Assembly (NCBI GenBank): GCA_013115125.1
Contig: JABANN010000127.1
Coordinates: 1-64,000 of the forward strand
Source: Perkinsus olseni
Taxonomy: Eukaryota
DNA: 64,000 bases
Direction of reading: 5' to 3'
Of the stretch, positions 1 through 12,000 are shown piece by piece. Both the position numbers and the translations under genes were made by a program. The notes below the pieces were generated by a model that was not told the DNA's origin, made no database searches, and was given only the letters and a program-made list of their open reading frames with translations. How positions within the stretch are numbered: the first letter of the stretch is position 1; each line of letters starts with the position of its first letter.

Positions 1-140
1 ACACCGGCGCAAGGAGTACGGGCCTGCTTGATATCGTAAAGAGCCAACTCAGAGATCTTCTGGTTGAGCTTCAGAAGAAGAGCGAGAGGCTGTCCGATAC
101 CACCGCAAGCACCGAGAAGAGCGACCTTGAATGATGACAT
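1..140 (-). CDS. MDH: Malate dehydrogenase, second tandem copy (5' part; continues off window start)
   Basis: Reverse strand reads [47 protein letters not shown]; nt 1-130 nearly identical to ~1677-1806. Confidence 0.9.
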   Translation of the reverse strand, partial: MSSFKVALLGACGGIGQPLALLLKLNQKISELALYDIKQARTPCAG

Positions 141-856
141 GTCTGAAGTAAAAACTTAATTGACTGAGTCAATGTGAATATATTCTTGGCACCAGAGTCC
201 CACTAGCTGTTCGGAATCAGCTGAGCTAGATAACTGAATAGATATGAAGGAAAGCTAAAAGCGAATTAGCTTAACAGAACCGAGGGTATTTCTATGCGAG
301 AAAGAAACGATCACAATGAGGAGCTGAACGCGACAGAAGGAATCACAATTGCTACTAGTCGTTCTTCCAAGAGCTGTAGAGCAAACTGATGCCACACAGA
401 GTGAGCTAGCATGGAGGCTGGACATGATATTCCAATAGCAACTTCTTCCCGAACGGATCGTATCGGCAATCGAACAACTTATCCTAGCACATCTTCGCGT
501 GAACCATGCCACGCCGCTCTATATTCGAGGGTCTCGAACCGAGACGGATAAATGTGCGGCAAAGACGAAATCTTTACAAGCCTACATGGCAGAGTGACCA
601 TGCATTCTCGCAAACAGCATGGTCCGATCACCCTTCCGACAGGCTGGGTTGCAAACAAGGACCGCCAGCCACAGTGTGACAGTTGATACCTTTCACAGCT
701 TCCTAGTAGGAAGTTCCTACATAAATTAATCACTTCAGCGAACACAACAACAAATGATTCGGCACGTCTTGAAAATGAGCTCTGTGAGCTCAAATTAGTC
801 CCTGAGTGAAATCACTCGCTACGGGGCAGTACTCAAATAATAGAAGAACAAACATT

Positions 857-1813
857 CTACTGCTTGTTGGCGAAGTCGATACCCCTCTGGACATCAACCT
901 TCAGCTTGTTGACGACCTCCTGAATTCTGCCGGCCTCGTGCTCGCTCAAGCCCTCGATGGGATGAACCTTGGAGACACCCTCAGGTCCGAAGTCGCACAA
1001 GTACGAGAAGAACTGAGCCTCTCCATAGGGCTCGTTGAAGTAGACGGAAGCAGAAGCCTTCTCGCCGTTCATGCCACGGAGAACAACATCAGCGAACTCG
1101 GCAGCGGCGTAAGCCATGGCGAGGGTGGCAGATCCGGCACCGGCCTTAGCGTTGACAACATCGGTACCGGCGTTCTGGACGTGGTTGTCCAAAGCGGTAA
1201 GAGTGGCCTCATCGAAGTCAGCCTTGGGGGTGGCGTGAGAGAACCAGGGCATGATGGTGACACCAGCGTGACCACCAATAACAGGGACGGTGACCTTGTT
1301 GACGTCGGCCTTCATCTCCTTGGCGACGAAGGTCTCGGCCCTGATGGTATCCAAAAGAGAGACACCGAGGAGCTTCTTGGGGTTGAAGACACCGGCCTTC
1401 TTGTAGACCTCAGCGCAGGCGGGAACAATGGAGTTAACGGGGTTGGTGACGATGCACACGGTAGCGTTGGGGGCGTACTTGGCGCAGTTCTGGGCGAGAC
1501 CTTTGGCGATGCCAGCGTTGATCGCGAAGAGATCATCTCTGGTCATACCGGGCTTACGAGGGACACCGGCGGTGATGATGACAACATCACTACCAGTAAG
1601 GCAAGCCTCGATCTCCTCCTCACCGGCGTAACCCTTAACCTCAGCGGGGGTGTTGATGTGGCTCAAATCCTCGGCAACACCGGCGCAAGGAGTACGGGCC
1701 TGCTTGATATCGTAAAGAGCCAACTCAGAGATCTTCTGGTTGAGCTTCAAAAGAAGAGCGAGAGGCTGTCCGATACCACCGCAAGCACCGAGAAGAGCGA
1801 CCTTGATAGCCAT
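857..1813 (-). CDS. MDH: NAD-dependent malate dehydrogenase (mitochondrial/gammaproteobacterial type), intronless
   Basis: [53 protein letters not shown] motifs; likely ATG at 1813. Confidence 0.97.
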   Translation of the reverse strand: MAIKVALLGACGGIGQPLALLLKLNQKISELALYDIKQARTPCAGVAEDLSHINTPAEVKGYAGEEEIEACLTGSDVVIITAGVPRKPGMTRDDLFAINAGIAKGLAQNCAKYAPNATVCIVTNPVNSIVPACAEVYKKAGVFNPKKLLGVSLLDTIRAETFVAKEMKADVNKVTVPVIGGHAGVTIMPWFSHATPKADFDEATLTALDNHVQNAGTDVVNAKAGAGSATLAMAYAAAEFADVVLRGMNGEKASASVYFNEPYGEAQFFSYLCDFGPEGVSKVHPIEGLSEHEAGRIQEVVNKLKVDVQRGIDFANKQ

Positions 1814-2263
1814 GATGTTGTTGAAAGAATCCAAAGAAGGAGAGGGTGAAGAGTCCACCTGACGCGGGGCCTGGTTCCACAGCTAATTTTTAGCTCGGCG
1901 CAAGATGGGATCTGGGACAGCTTTTGTGTGTTTCTTGGCAGCAAACCTTCTGCAGACCGACCCGGCGGTACACAAAGGAGTGTAAAGCTGAACCATTCTG
2001 AACTTAGTGGTACTAGGCTACACACTTCGGCTTACTCAGATGGAGTGACTATCCTCGAGGAGGTCGGTGAAACACAGAGGATGCCAAGTTGATCAAACAT
2101 GAGTTCGGCAGTCATCCTCGACATAGTTCGATGGTTCACGGCTGTACATGTACCGTTGATGGCACGACGTTGAGGGTGTGACTTCATTGAGGTAGTTTCC
2201 CTTTACTGAACACAAACCGAATGCGTTCCTTGTGTGACGGAGCATAATACTACAGGAATAAAC

Positions 2264-3950
2264 TCATTGTGGCAAGCGGGGCTCATCAGGTCCGGCAGCC
2301 TGTACCCCACCATCATCATTATAGTCATTAGACGTGCATTCGAAATGGGAGACGTCAAGCTTCACAACGGGGTCAGCGTGGCTTGGGAGAGCCTCATGGT
2401 CGCTGGCCGTTCGCACCACGTTCGCCATGTAGCTCGGCTGGCTCTCGGCAGCGGAAGTAAGCGCTGCAAGATCCGGCAGGGGCACTTGCGCAAGTCGAGT
2501 GACGGATCCGCGTGGTCGACCCGGCCCCCGAAGACTTCGGAATCCCGTTGGTGGAGTGCTGGTCAAGCGTCGCAGCTGCTGCAGCTGGGCGTACTCCTCC
2601 TTCATACGAGCCCACACCTGAGCCAGTAACTTCAGTCGGGAATAAACTACGATGCTCGTCACCTCTTCCACGCGGCCCTCTTCCTTAGCCCGAGTCAGGC
2701 GTTGGCGGTCAGCTATGGCATCTTCCAAGGTCAGCCGCGGGGGACCACGGAAGTTTTTCCGATGCAGCGATACTTGAGCGGTAAAATAGCTACGAACCAT
2801 GCATGTCTTCCAGACAGTGACCTCAACGAAATAGGGATACCCGTCCTTTTTGAGATGCACGCCCGTTGGTATCCGTTCAGCATCTGGAGGACGACGCTTT
2901 TCCTGCTTGGGCCGCCGCAACCTCGAGAGTATCTGTTTTCGCCGCTTGCCCCGAGAGTGGAGTTCAAGATACCTACCACTTGAAGATCCTCAGGCGACTG
3001 AGCGGCCTCCAGCAAAACTCGGTCGTGCACTGCTTCCTCCACTGTGTGCCGCGATGGTCCCTCGTACTGAGGCAACGACAGACTCAATCCCCATCAACAG
3101 ACCGTGGCTACTACCTTCATGGTCACCGGCCTCGGAAGAGGTGGGCCGTTGAGATTCTCAGCCTCTGTAAAACTGACTTGCTGATGGATGGTCGCTATCT
3201 GACAGACGGGCAATCGCCCACGCCGGGCGAGGCTCGAGGACTCACAAATGCCTTCTTGGACTTGTTGTAGTACACTCCCTTAGGCAGCAGCTGTGAGGTC
3301 ATGTCCCACTCTTGCAACAACTATGAAGGAGAACACGTGCGATCACCACTACTGATGGGCGAGCCCAAGCACTACTTGTTGCAAGGTGTTGGACTCCCGA
3401 GCCTGTTCCATTCTAATGCGGTCGTTATGAGCTTCCTCTACATAATAGGAACTCGCGACTGACCATAGACTTCGTGAGGGGGCTCACCTGAAGTGTCCCG
3501 CGTAGGCCCTCGATATTTCTTCCCATCCACTGCTATCTGAGACGTAGGCTGCGGCTGGCAGACATCACGGGTGGTTCCATTAATACCTCCGCCCGCCATA
3601 ACCCGCTCTTCAGCTGGGCCACAATTGTCAGCAGTTCTCCTTCGCCAGCGGAGTTGCTTCCTTCCGGCGTCGGGACGCCCGAGTCTCGACGAGCCCTCTT
3701 CGAGGGAACAGCCAGCGCCTGGACAGCAGGTTGCATGACCGGATGCCGACAACGATAAGATTCACCATCTCCTCGGAGGCTTCCATCTCCATCCGCGGCA
3801 TCGGTATATCCGATGAAGGGCTGGGAGGCTGGGCTACTAATGCCGCCCCGTCAGCGCTGTCCACTAGAGGTGGCTGTGCAGGTGTAGAAGGCACGCTGGT
3901 GGTGTGAGGATCACGGAGTGCCTGCTGCAGCGGATAGACGCGAATCAAGC
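2264..3950 (-). CDS. Multi-exon protein with three AP2-like DNA-binding repeats
   Basis: Spliced repeats: WRAE/IAVDGKKYRGPTRDTS/EEAHNDR; PKGVYYNKSKKAF...YEGPSRHTVEEAVHDR; PTGVHLKKDG...FTAQVSLHRKNFRGPPRLTLEDAIADR. Start uncertain. Confidence 0.6.
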
Positions 3951-4129
3951 ACGCCAGGGTACACTACAGTGGATGATGCATGTGCAGTATCTGTGGATCG
4001 GTCGTGGCCTGGCGAGAGAGGCTCGCTAGGGATCTCGGGGGCTTGGAGGAGCACCTCCACGAATGCAGCCTATAATACAGGCATGCAGTGTGAATACAGT
4101 CCGCATTGGAAGAATATAAGATAAAAAAT

Positions 4130-4320
4130 GAGGCCACTGTCACGTGGCGCGCGAATGGACCGAGCTCAAAAACCTCGCCGTGAAAAAAGGACCTGTGACC
4201 GCTCGCGCACCTATGGCGTAGTGGCCTCGTCTTTACATGTAACATGGTCGCCTGATTCAGCGGCCTAATTTTTGCATATGGAAAAGTAGTCTCCTCTTTT
4301 AAATGTGGCATAGTGGCCTC
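4130..4320. repeat. Inverted-repeat/hairpin element
   Basis: GAGGCCACT at ~4130 and its reverse complement AGTGGCCTC at ~4220 and ~4312; inner GCGCGA/TCGCGC pairing. Confidence 0.55.
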
Positions 4321-4557
4321 TTTCTAGCGTGTTTCATGTCTTCGTCACAGTCTGTATGGAAGGATACCACCTTATAAAACTTGTCTCTAAGACCACCACC
4401 CAGCATCCAAGACCCTTCACTACATTCTCCTTCAATTCGGTACTATCAACGGAGATGGCTGTATCCATGATCCTCCATAGTAGCGTACAAACTGGCACGA
4501 CAACGGTCGTTCAAAAGGCACCATTCATATTAATCTTAACACAACAGCTCCTCTTCC

Positions 4558-6010
4558 TCACGAAGCTGTTAAACGATCGATGAACTCTATCTTGTAAACT
4601 GCAAGGCGCATTTCAGGGAAGAGCTGCGTGAAGTGCTCTTCTTCCGGCGGTAGCTCCTTCATGCCTGGTTGGAGCTGCTCCTTAGCCTCGAGCCCAAGAG
4701 ACCGGAAATTGTCGAAAAGATCCAAATCCATGGACTCATAGCGTCCAAGCCTATGGCCGTAATAGACCTGTGTGTTGGGACGGGCTAGTTGTTTTATCGC
4801 TCTCGGTAGTATTCTGGTGAGTATAGGAAGGTACACTAATTCAGTGCCAAATATGAAGTCCCACTCGACTTCTCGGAGGTCCGCTGGTACCTCGTTCCAG
4901 TCGCAGGTGCGACACGTCACATTATCTGAACAGAAATCCCTTAACTGTCCACCATTGAATGCACCAACCCCATCACCGCTGAAATCTTGTGCTAGGTGTG
5001 GGTGCCCCGACGCGCATTTCCGACACCACTGTAGCACTCTAAAGGCATATTTCTATGAAAGCGCGATAGGGCTGATTAACGCTATGCCATAGGTGTTATA
5101 AACCGTGCCCCCCTCCAGCCCTAGGTAGCCTACCGAGCGGCATTCCTCGATCCTGATTGAGCTGAACATTGTGCTGGAGCCACTCGAGGCCACCGCCTTC
5201 CTCTTGCTCCGTCAGTACCACTTCCACCGTTGAGGGTAGCCGGGATGCTACCTTACAAACTCATCACAGCAAAAACTACGCTACACCGAATTTCAAACAA
5301 CCGAGATCAGCATATGTGCGCCGCGACGCTCCGCCTAGAATCCACTGTTGTCCACGCATGCTACAAGCACCATCGCTGCGTAAAACATGATCCCCCGATT
5401 GAGCATAAGCTCCGCCGCTGTCCAAGTCATAGTACCTCCATCCCAAGCCATCCGCATCCTGATCCAAGCTCGAGTACTCGGCCCTTCTTGAGCGAGAACA
5501 GATCGGTCTTCTCCTGAGAATGACGATGTTGAACTACGAACTAATAGGGCACCCTAACACAGTGCTACAGCTTAGTGACACCAATAGGGTTGACATTGAG
5601 GAGGCATCTTAACAGAGTCTTACAGCCTAGTGAAAGAGCCCACCTTTAGAAAAGCAAGCATATCATGGGAGGCCGACCACACTCTTCCACCGGTAGTGGT
5701 GAGGGCCGCTGATTCACACTGTATATCGATCATACTGAGGCCCTACTGACACTGGCGATCGATACCATCCCGCAACAACTCAACAGACCGCAGTGGTGCA
5801 ATACAGATCATGTCCAGGCGTGGCCACCTCGAGGAATTGAGCCAGCATCGCTGTCGTTGCACTAAAGGTCCACCCAGTTACCAGCCCACCGCTCGATAGC
5901 ATCCAGGGCGCTGACTTCCACCTGCTCCTCACTGCTAACGGCGACACACATGATCATCCAACAGGCGAACAGGGCCAGACTGAGGCTCGTCAGCAGCAGG
6001 CTGAACATGA
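4558..6010 (-). CDS. SAM-dependent protein methyltransferase, METTL21/Methyltransf_16 family (multi-exon)
   Basis: Exons give TTGGRVWSASHDMLAFLK, motif I GRVLELGSGCGWLG, VVLTEQ...WLQHNVQLN, WDFIFGTELVY. Start approximate. Confidence 0.85.
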
Positions 6011-6646
6011 CTGCCAACAAGCAGCTCTTCAATGGGCTGTGGCTTCCATCGTCTTCTACCACGTCCCGCTTAAGTCGACGGGACACAGGGAAGGGTAGTA
6101 GGCTATGCCCTGGAAATACTGTCATAAAGGGTAATAGTAGCTAGACAGGGGATCCGGTTAAACTCGAGAGAAAATCTGTGTTTCTCGGAGCATTAAATAC
6201 AGGCTCTCCGAGTCTAAGATGCAGGAAGCTAGTCGAAGACTTCGACTGGCTTCATGCCAACTGCGACGCACTAAACCGACGAGGACTCGTGGGAACGTTT
6301 CCGACGGTCTTCCGAATTAGGCAAGCGCAAATATTGAAGAAGGGCTCAGCAACTCTGCTCCATCCTGCATTTCCAGCTCGATTTTACATTTCCTTAAATC
6401 ATGCGAGCTGCTATTATGTTATGTTTTTCTATTATGTCAGCAGCCCTGGAGCCAGAAAGGCCTCGAACCCAGCAGATGCAGTCTATTGAACACCTCGCAT
6501 ACTGAGCCTCCCACCCACGCTGGGACTTGTGTCCCAATAACCATGCCCGTGGGAGAAGAATGCCGGGCTGATAGGGAAAGCCTTGGCCCAAGCGGCTTTC
6601 TCACGAGGTTACGAACTCCAGTAATTGGATTTCCCTCCAGAAAGCC

Positions 6647-6898
6647 ATGATTTTCTCACGCCTCTACGCTGCTTCCCTCCTGACTGTTCCATCAACCCTA
6701 GCGCTCGGTACTGCCAGCCAGTCAGAGGTGCCCACGCTGGCTACTTGGACTGAATGCCTTCTCCAGTCCAATGCTCAGGTAAACTCACTACGTGAAGACA
6801 TCGGTCGTCTGAGCCAGCGAATCGACGCCTTGGAGACGGTTGTTGAAAGGTTCGCGAATGGCACTGAAGCGGAAAGTGTAAGTCCGAGTGAGTTATAG
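6647..6898 (+). CDS. Small hypothetical secreted coiled-coil protein (may have further exons)
   Basis: ATG after pyrimidine tract+CAG; signal-peptide-like N-terminus; heptad-like VNSLREDIGRLSQRIDALETVV. Confidence 0.45.
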   Translation: MIFSRLYAASLLTVPSTLALGTASQSEVPTLATWTECLLQSNAQVNSLREDIGRLSQRIDALETVVERFANGTEAESVSPSEL

Positions 6899-9064
6899 CT
6901 CGTGGGTGTTGAGGAGAACTTCTCTTCAACACTTCAACTTCTCCTGCTCCTGGAGAAGGACTCACTCGGTTCCCGTGTACTCGGACGTCGTCGGTTTCAT
7001 GGAAGGCATTCTCTCGGTTTCAGCTGGGTGAAATCTCTGTTGTGTACCGTAGCGTGCCAGCAGACGGCGTGTGCACCCTGGAACGTGCAGATGGATCCGC
7101 CGAAACCTCCAATACCCTGTCTGTCTGCTTTGACGAGAGACTCCCGAACCCCATCCGCTATACGAAATACGTACATAGGGGCAGGAAACCACAATTCATG
7201 GCAGAAATCGGGTAAGGCCACCCATGCTAATCGCACCCAATCGCCCGTATGCTACCGATGAGTGCTTTGTTAACCTCTACTGGACTCGCAAGACGATTCG
7301 AGCCGTTACTCGAGCTATGTCTGTTGACCCGGTGTCGTACGGACGCTGTAGTGACCTTCTTAACTGCGCGATATTGCCATCAGGTACGACGACGACTTCA
7401 CAAAATTCAGGGTCGAGAATACGTTTTGGCACAGAAACAATCGCAAGGTTACAGACCGCCTGGAGAGGGCTCATCGTCATTTCCGCTCGTTGATGCCCTT
7501 CGATCACCTAGAGGGAGAGGTTCTGCAGCAACTGCGTAACATGATGCCCATCACGACAAGGAATCCTGGCAAGTGCAAGGAGGTCTTCACACTCTTGGCC
7601 AACAACCCTCCGTCTAATGACTATAGAAAGGGAGCTCAATGGTTTGAAGCTTTCCATATTACGGCGACGAAGGACTTCGAAGCCCTCATGGAAAGTTGGG
7701 TAGGACAGAATTAGGATAGCGGAGTAAAAATGTTTACAGACCGTGTGCCCATGTTGATCAATCATGTCTGTGTGTGATGTCTTTACTTGCCAGTGAGGTA
7801 AATGCGAAGATGATGAGTATTGGTTGACTCAAAGCTAGAAGTTTCATATCAGCACGCCTGGACGCATCGTCCACAGGGCCACTCTGGCGTCCACTGTGCT
7901 GAAGACGAGGAACGTTGCCATTGTCGGAGACAGGGTATAACCTCCATGCTTGGGACAAAGCCTTTTACCAAACTGGAAAGCTTGGCATCGCATTTCAAGT
8001 TCGAAGGGGAGTTCAAGCTCCGCGGGAGCCACCAGCGAGTGTGAACAGTCCTAACCACCAACACTACGCCGCAGGGTGTAAAATCCCTGCGAGGGGACGT
8101 TCCACATTCAGTGACAAGAGGGGCGCTGAACTAAGCTTCTCAGTCAAAGAGGAGCTCGGCGCTGATTGTTGACCGCCTTCCTTACCGAATGGACCAACTT
8201 GCGGAGGTGAAGATACGCTCTAAGGTATTTCGCGGCGCGTGACGGTGGGAGTCCGTTTCGTAGGGTAGGGTATTTCCGAATTGCGTGATGACACGGGGAT
8301 GATGATCTCGTCATGAGGTGACTACGACTGGCATGTGAGCATACTTTTACTTGAGCCTGTCAACGGCTATGCAGTTCAATCTTTCATTATGCGAAAATTC
8401 TTACTCGAGAAGCTTCATCACAGAACCCTCTTCACGAGAAACTTCGCGCTTTCGAAATACCCGGCATGTCTCTGAAAACTGGGCATGTCTCGGGAACACC
8501 CTGGCCTTCCTGGTTGAACAGCTCCTCCCTCACCCCATGCCTGTAGACCCTGCCTTCCTTGAACGCATGAAGAAAGACATACTCGCAGACCTGGATGAAC
8601 TTGCACAAATTGAAGAGATACTGGAGGCCAAAAGAGGGAGGGTGGCCCCTCGTCAGAAGGCTATGCATGGTACTTTCTCAACGAGAGCGAGCGGAGGGGC
8701 TCCCGATGATAGAGGTACTTTCAGGTCACGAGGAAGCGCCTCATCCATTGGCAGCAGCCATGGTCCATTATGCTACTACAGGTAACCTTATTGCTCCATT
8801 CCTCGTTTCAGGTGAGTAGGCGTTCTTCAGCGAGTTCCCAACCTGCCAGCTTCTCCCTGCGTGGGATGGTAAGCAGGCTAGTACTGGGGGTCGTTCTTTC
8901 AGGGTTATCCCCTTCTCAGGCACTAGAGAAGGCCCTCTAGCACGTACTGAGTGTTGTTGTATGGTTGAATATTGTGTCTCCAGGGCGTGGCTTGACCGTC
9001 CTGTCGTGTTAGAGCGCTCAATGGATGGGGATAGGTGACTTCCTTCGTAGTAGCTCCTTTTGTA

Positions 9065-12000
9065 ATGGACAATTATCACGTTCTTCATCTAATAGGGGAA
9101 GGATGCTTCGGCAAGGTATTTAAAGGAAGGCGAAAGTAGTACTGGGATGTGAAGGGTCAACGACGAACTTTCTCAATTATCTCCAGCTGAATTCTCTATG
9201 TGAGCCGAAGCTCGCCTAGCACCACTAGTAATGGAGCGGCTCGCTCTTTTCTACTCGGTAGCGGTAATCGAGTTAGGGTTCGCCTTCAATGGTCATTCGG
9301 CAATGAGCCCCGACAATTGCTCAGTCGTACTTACGGACGGTGGTTTCATGCCAGCGCGTAACGAAGGATCTTCTGTGTGCGCGGATGAGGTATCTTTCAG
9401 GTACACTGGTCGGGTAGTGGCGCTAAAATTCATAGCAAAAAGAGGGAAATCGGAAAAAGACTTGAAGAACCTTCGGCAAGAGATAGCGATATTGCAGCAG
9501 CTCAACCACGACCATATAATAATGATGGACGAGTACTTTGAGACGAGTAGTAGTGGGGAGTATCCTAAGTCGAAGCGTGCCGGATATGGAGAACTTTTGA
9601 GTCCACTGGTGTGGCTCCAGGTACGGACTTTGTAGTTGTCACTGAGTTTGCTCATGGGGAGTTGTTCGAGATTTTTCAAGTGAGCTCGGGTGAGGGCGAG
9701 TGGCTATTCCGGACGAGTGCTCTTAGGACGATAAGAAGCTCCCTGAGAGCGAAGTGCGGCGGATAGCTCAGCAGCTCGTGAAAGCATTGCACTATTTGCA
9801 TAGCAATAGAGTTATACACAGGTAGTATCTTGAGATCTGTCGGGGACCAGCATCGACCTTGGATTCAGGGATATGAAGCCCCAGAATATCCTAGTAGGAG
9901 CGAACAACGTAGTGAAGCTCTGTGACTTCGGCTTCGCTCGGGCGATGAGCTATAACACAATAGTGCTCACCAGCATCAAAGGCACGCCACTGTGAGTCCA
10001 CTCGTCTTTTAGTAGAGTCCCTATAGGTGGCTCGATAGGTATATGGCGCCAGAGGTAGTTCAGGAGCAGCCTTATAACCACACCGCGGATTTATGGTCTC
10101 TTGGTAGGGTATCTTAGGTTGATGCAGGGAAGATTCATGATAGGTGTCATATTATACGAGCTATTTGTGGGCACCCCTCCTTTTTATACCAATTCATTGT
10201 ACAGTTTAATCCATCTCATCATCAAGGACCCAGTAAAGTATCCTAGTAACATGTCACCCGACTTTAAGTCCTTCCTCCAGGTGAGGGCTGCAGCTCCAGC
10301 CATGGCAGTCCACAGTGTGTGTTGCATCTCAGGGCCTTCTAGTGAAGAACCCTTCCAAGCGGCTGTCCTGGCCAGCCTTACTGGACCACCCCTTCGTACC
10401 GTTAGACCTCGACTCACTCTGCTGTAGATACACTTCCGCAGGTCCGACCCGCCTCATCCCCGGAGCGTGCCTTGACTTTGGAAGTACCCCTTAGCAGCGG
10501 AAGTAGTAGTAGTAATGGTGGAGTCACTCCAGCCGGGGCAGTCTCCCACCGGTTGGACAGCTCTGGGTGAGTGTCTGGGTCACGGAGGCTGCCTCATGCG
10601 GTATAAGCCTCAGAGGAAGCCAGCGAGGAGGGAGTAGGGGGGATACAACGCCAGGATCTATCGGTGCCATCAACCCTATCAGTCTTCGGATCCCCAGTAC
10701 CTCTCCAGTAGCGAGGGAGCGTGTAGGCGCTGCTGGGCTTCCTGCGTCCGATATAGCCGCCATTGCAGACCATCACAGCCCCTGCCCTGCCGTCTAATAA
10801 CTGGTTCGAGGTCATCAGTAAGGCCGTGGTCGACCCGAAGATGCTCCCGAACGATCCATCCTTCGCAGCCACTGTATTGCCCTTGCTTAGCCGGTCTGCA
10901 CCACTAGTGTGCTCATTTCAGTGTCTGGACTTGCTGGGAAAATATGCGCAGCGATGTAGTAGTCGGGCGTCGGAGGGAAAAAGCGATAGTGAGAACTCGG
11001 TGTCGCCGCCGGGGGTTGAACTCTAGACCTCAAGGTGGAGGAAATACGGTCAGGTGCGAGCCTCAGGGCGCTATTTTCCCTGTCTGCACCAGCGCCTCCG
11101 GTGAGCTCTCTGCTCCAGTACTTGGCCAATTTTTTGGTATACGTAACCCAATCCGGCGGAGGGTCAGCTACCAACCCAATGCTGGCTAAGCTCTTCGCCG
11201 CAGACAGCAATCTGCCCTCGTCCACTATGGCCATCATAGAACGCTGCTGTAGGCTGGCGCGACCCGACCATTCGTATAGTGCCTCGGTAGGCACTAACAC
11301 CTCCGCCTTGTCCCCGGACTCTGAGTTCGAGACCGTCTTATCGGATGGTCTGAGGGTGATAGGACTTTGGCTGAGGTACACGCAACAGCCGTGGCCGGCC
11401 ATCACGTTTTGCGTAGGTTTGTGGCCGCCGCTGGGGCGTCCAATGCTGGGATGGATCAGCACGGGGCAGATCCCATCTTCGGGGCCCCTGAAGCAGGAGG
11501 TGGCCCGCCGATTGCCGATCGCTTCCTGAGGACTGTACCCGAGGTAGAAGAAGGGGCCGGTCATTCCCCGTGTTCCCCGATGGGCACCTCCCGCGAGACC
11601 GTAGAGGAGGGATTACTGTTGCCTTTGCTCGTACGGCAGAGTCGTAGAAGATGCTGCCAGAACGGGTCTTCAGATTAGACAGCTTTTGGGCGTTGTTGAT
11701 AGTGGCTCTTGCATTATAACCAATGCAAGAACATTAAGTACCTAAGCTAGGCTTGGCAGGGCGGCAGTCATAGCAAGAGCCTCAGTGCAATACAGCCATT
11801 TGTGGACAAGCCTCCCTCACACCTTTGGCAAGCTTCAAAACCTCATGAGACTGCACTAGGGAAGCGTAGCTTCTTTAACCTTCTCTCAAGGTACTCTGTC
11901 GAGGCTCTGAGGCGTCACCAACCCGGCCGGCCCCGGGGGCTATCAACGTATCCAAGTGCTGCGGAGTAGGGTTGTAGTCTGGCCCTTCTCGGCGCCTAAG

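Noticed and set aside
806..1849. 347-aa plus-strand ORF antisense to MDH
   Set aside because: Shadow ORF expected from strong codon bias (few TTA/CTA/TCA codons) in the real gene; no motifs.
1894..1909. Minus-strand CCCATCTTGCGCCGAG resembling a relic Perkinsus spliced leader upstream of MDH
   Set aside because: Only an 8-nt exact core; compatible with chance.
8285..8340. Two RTGATGA box C-like motifs
   Set aside because: No properly placed CTGA box D or convincing terminal stem.
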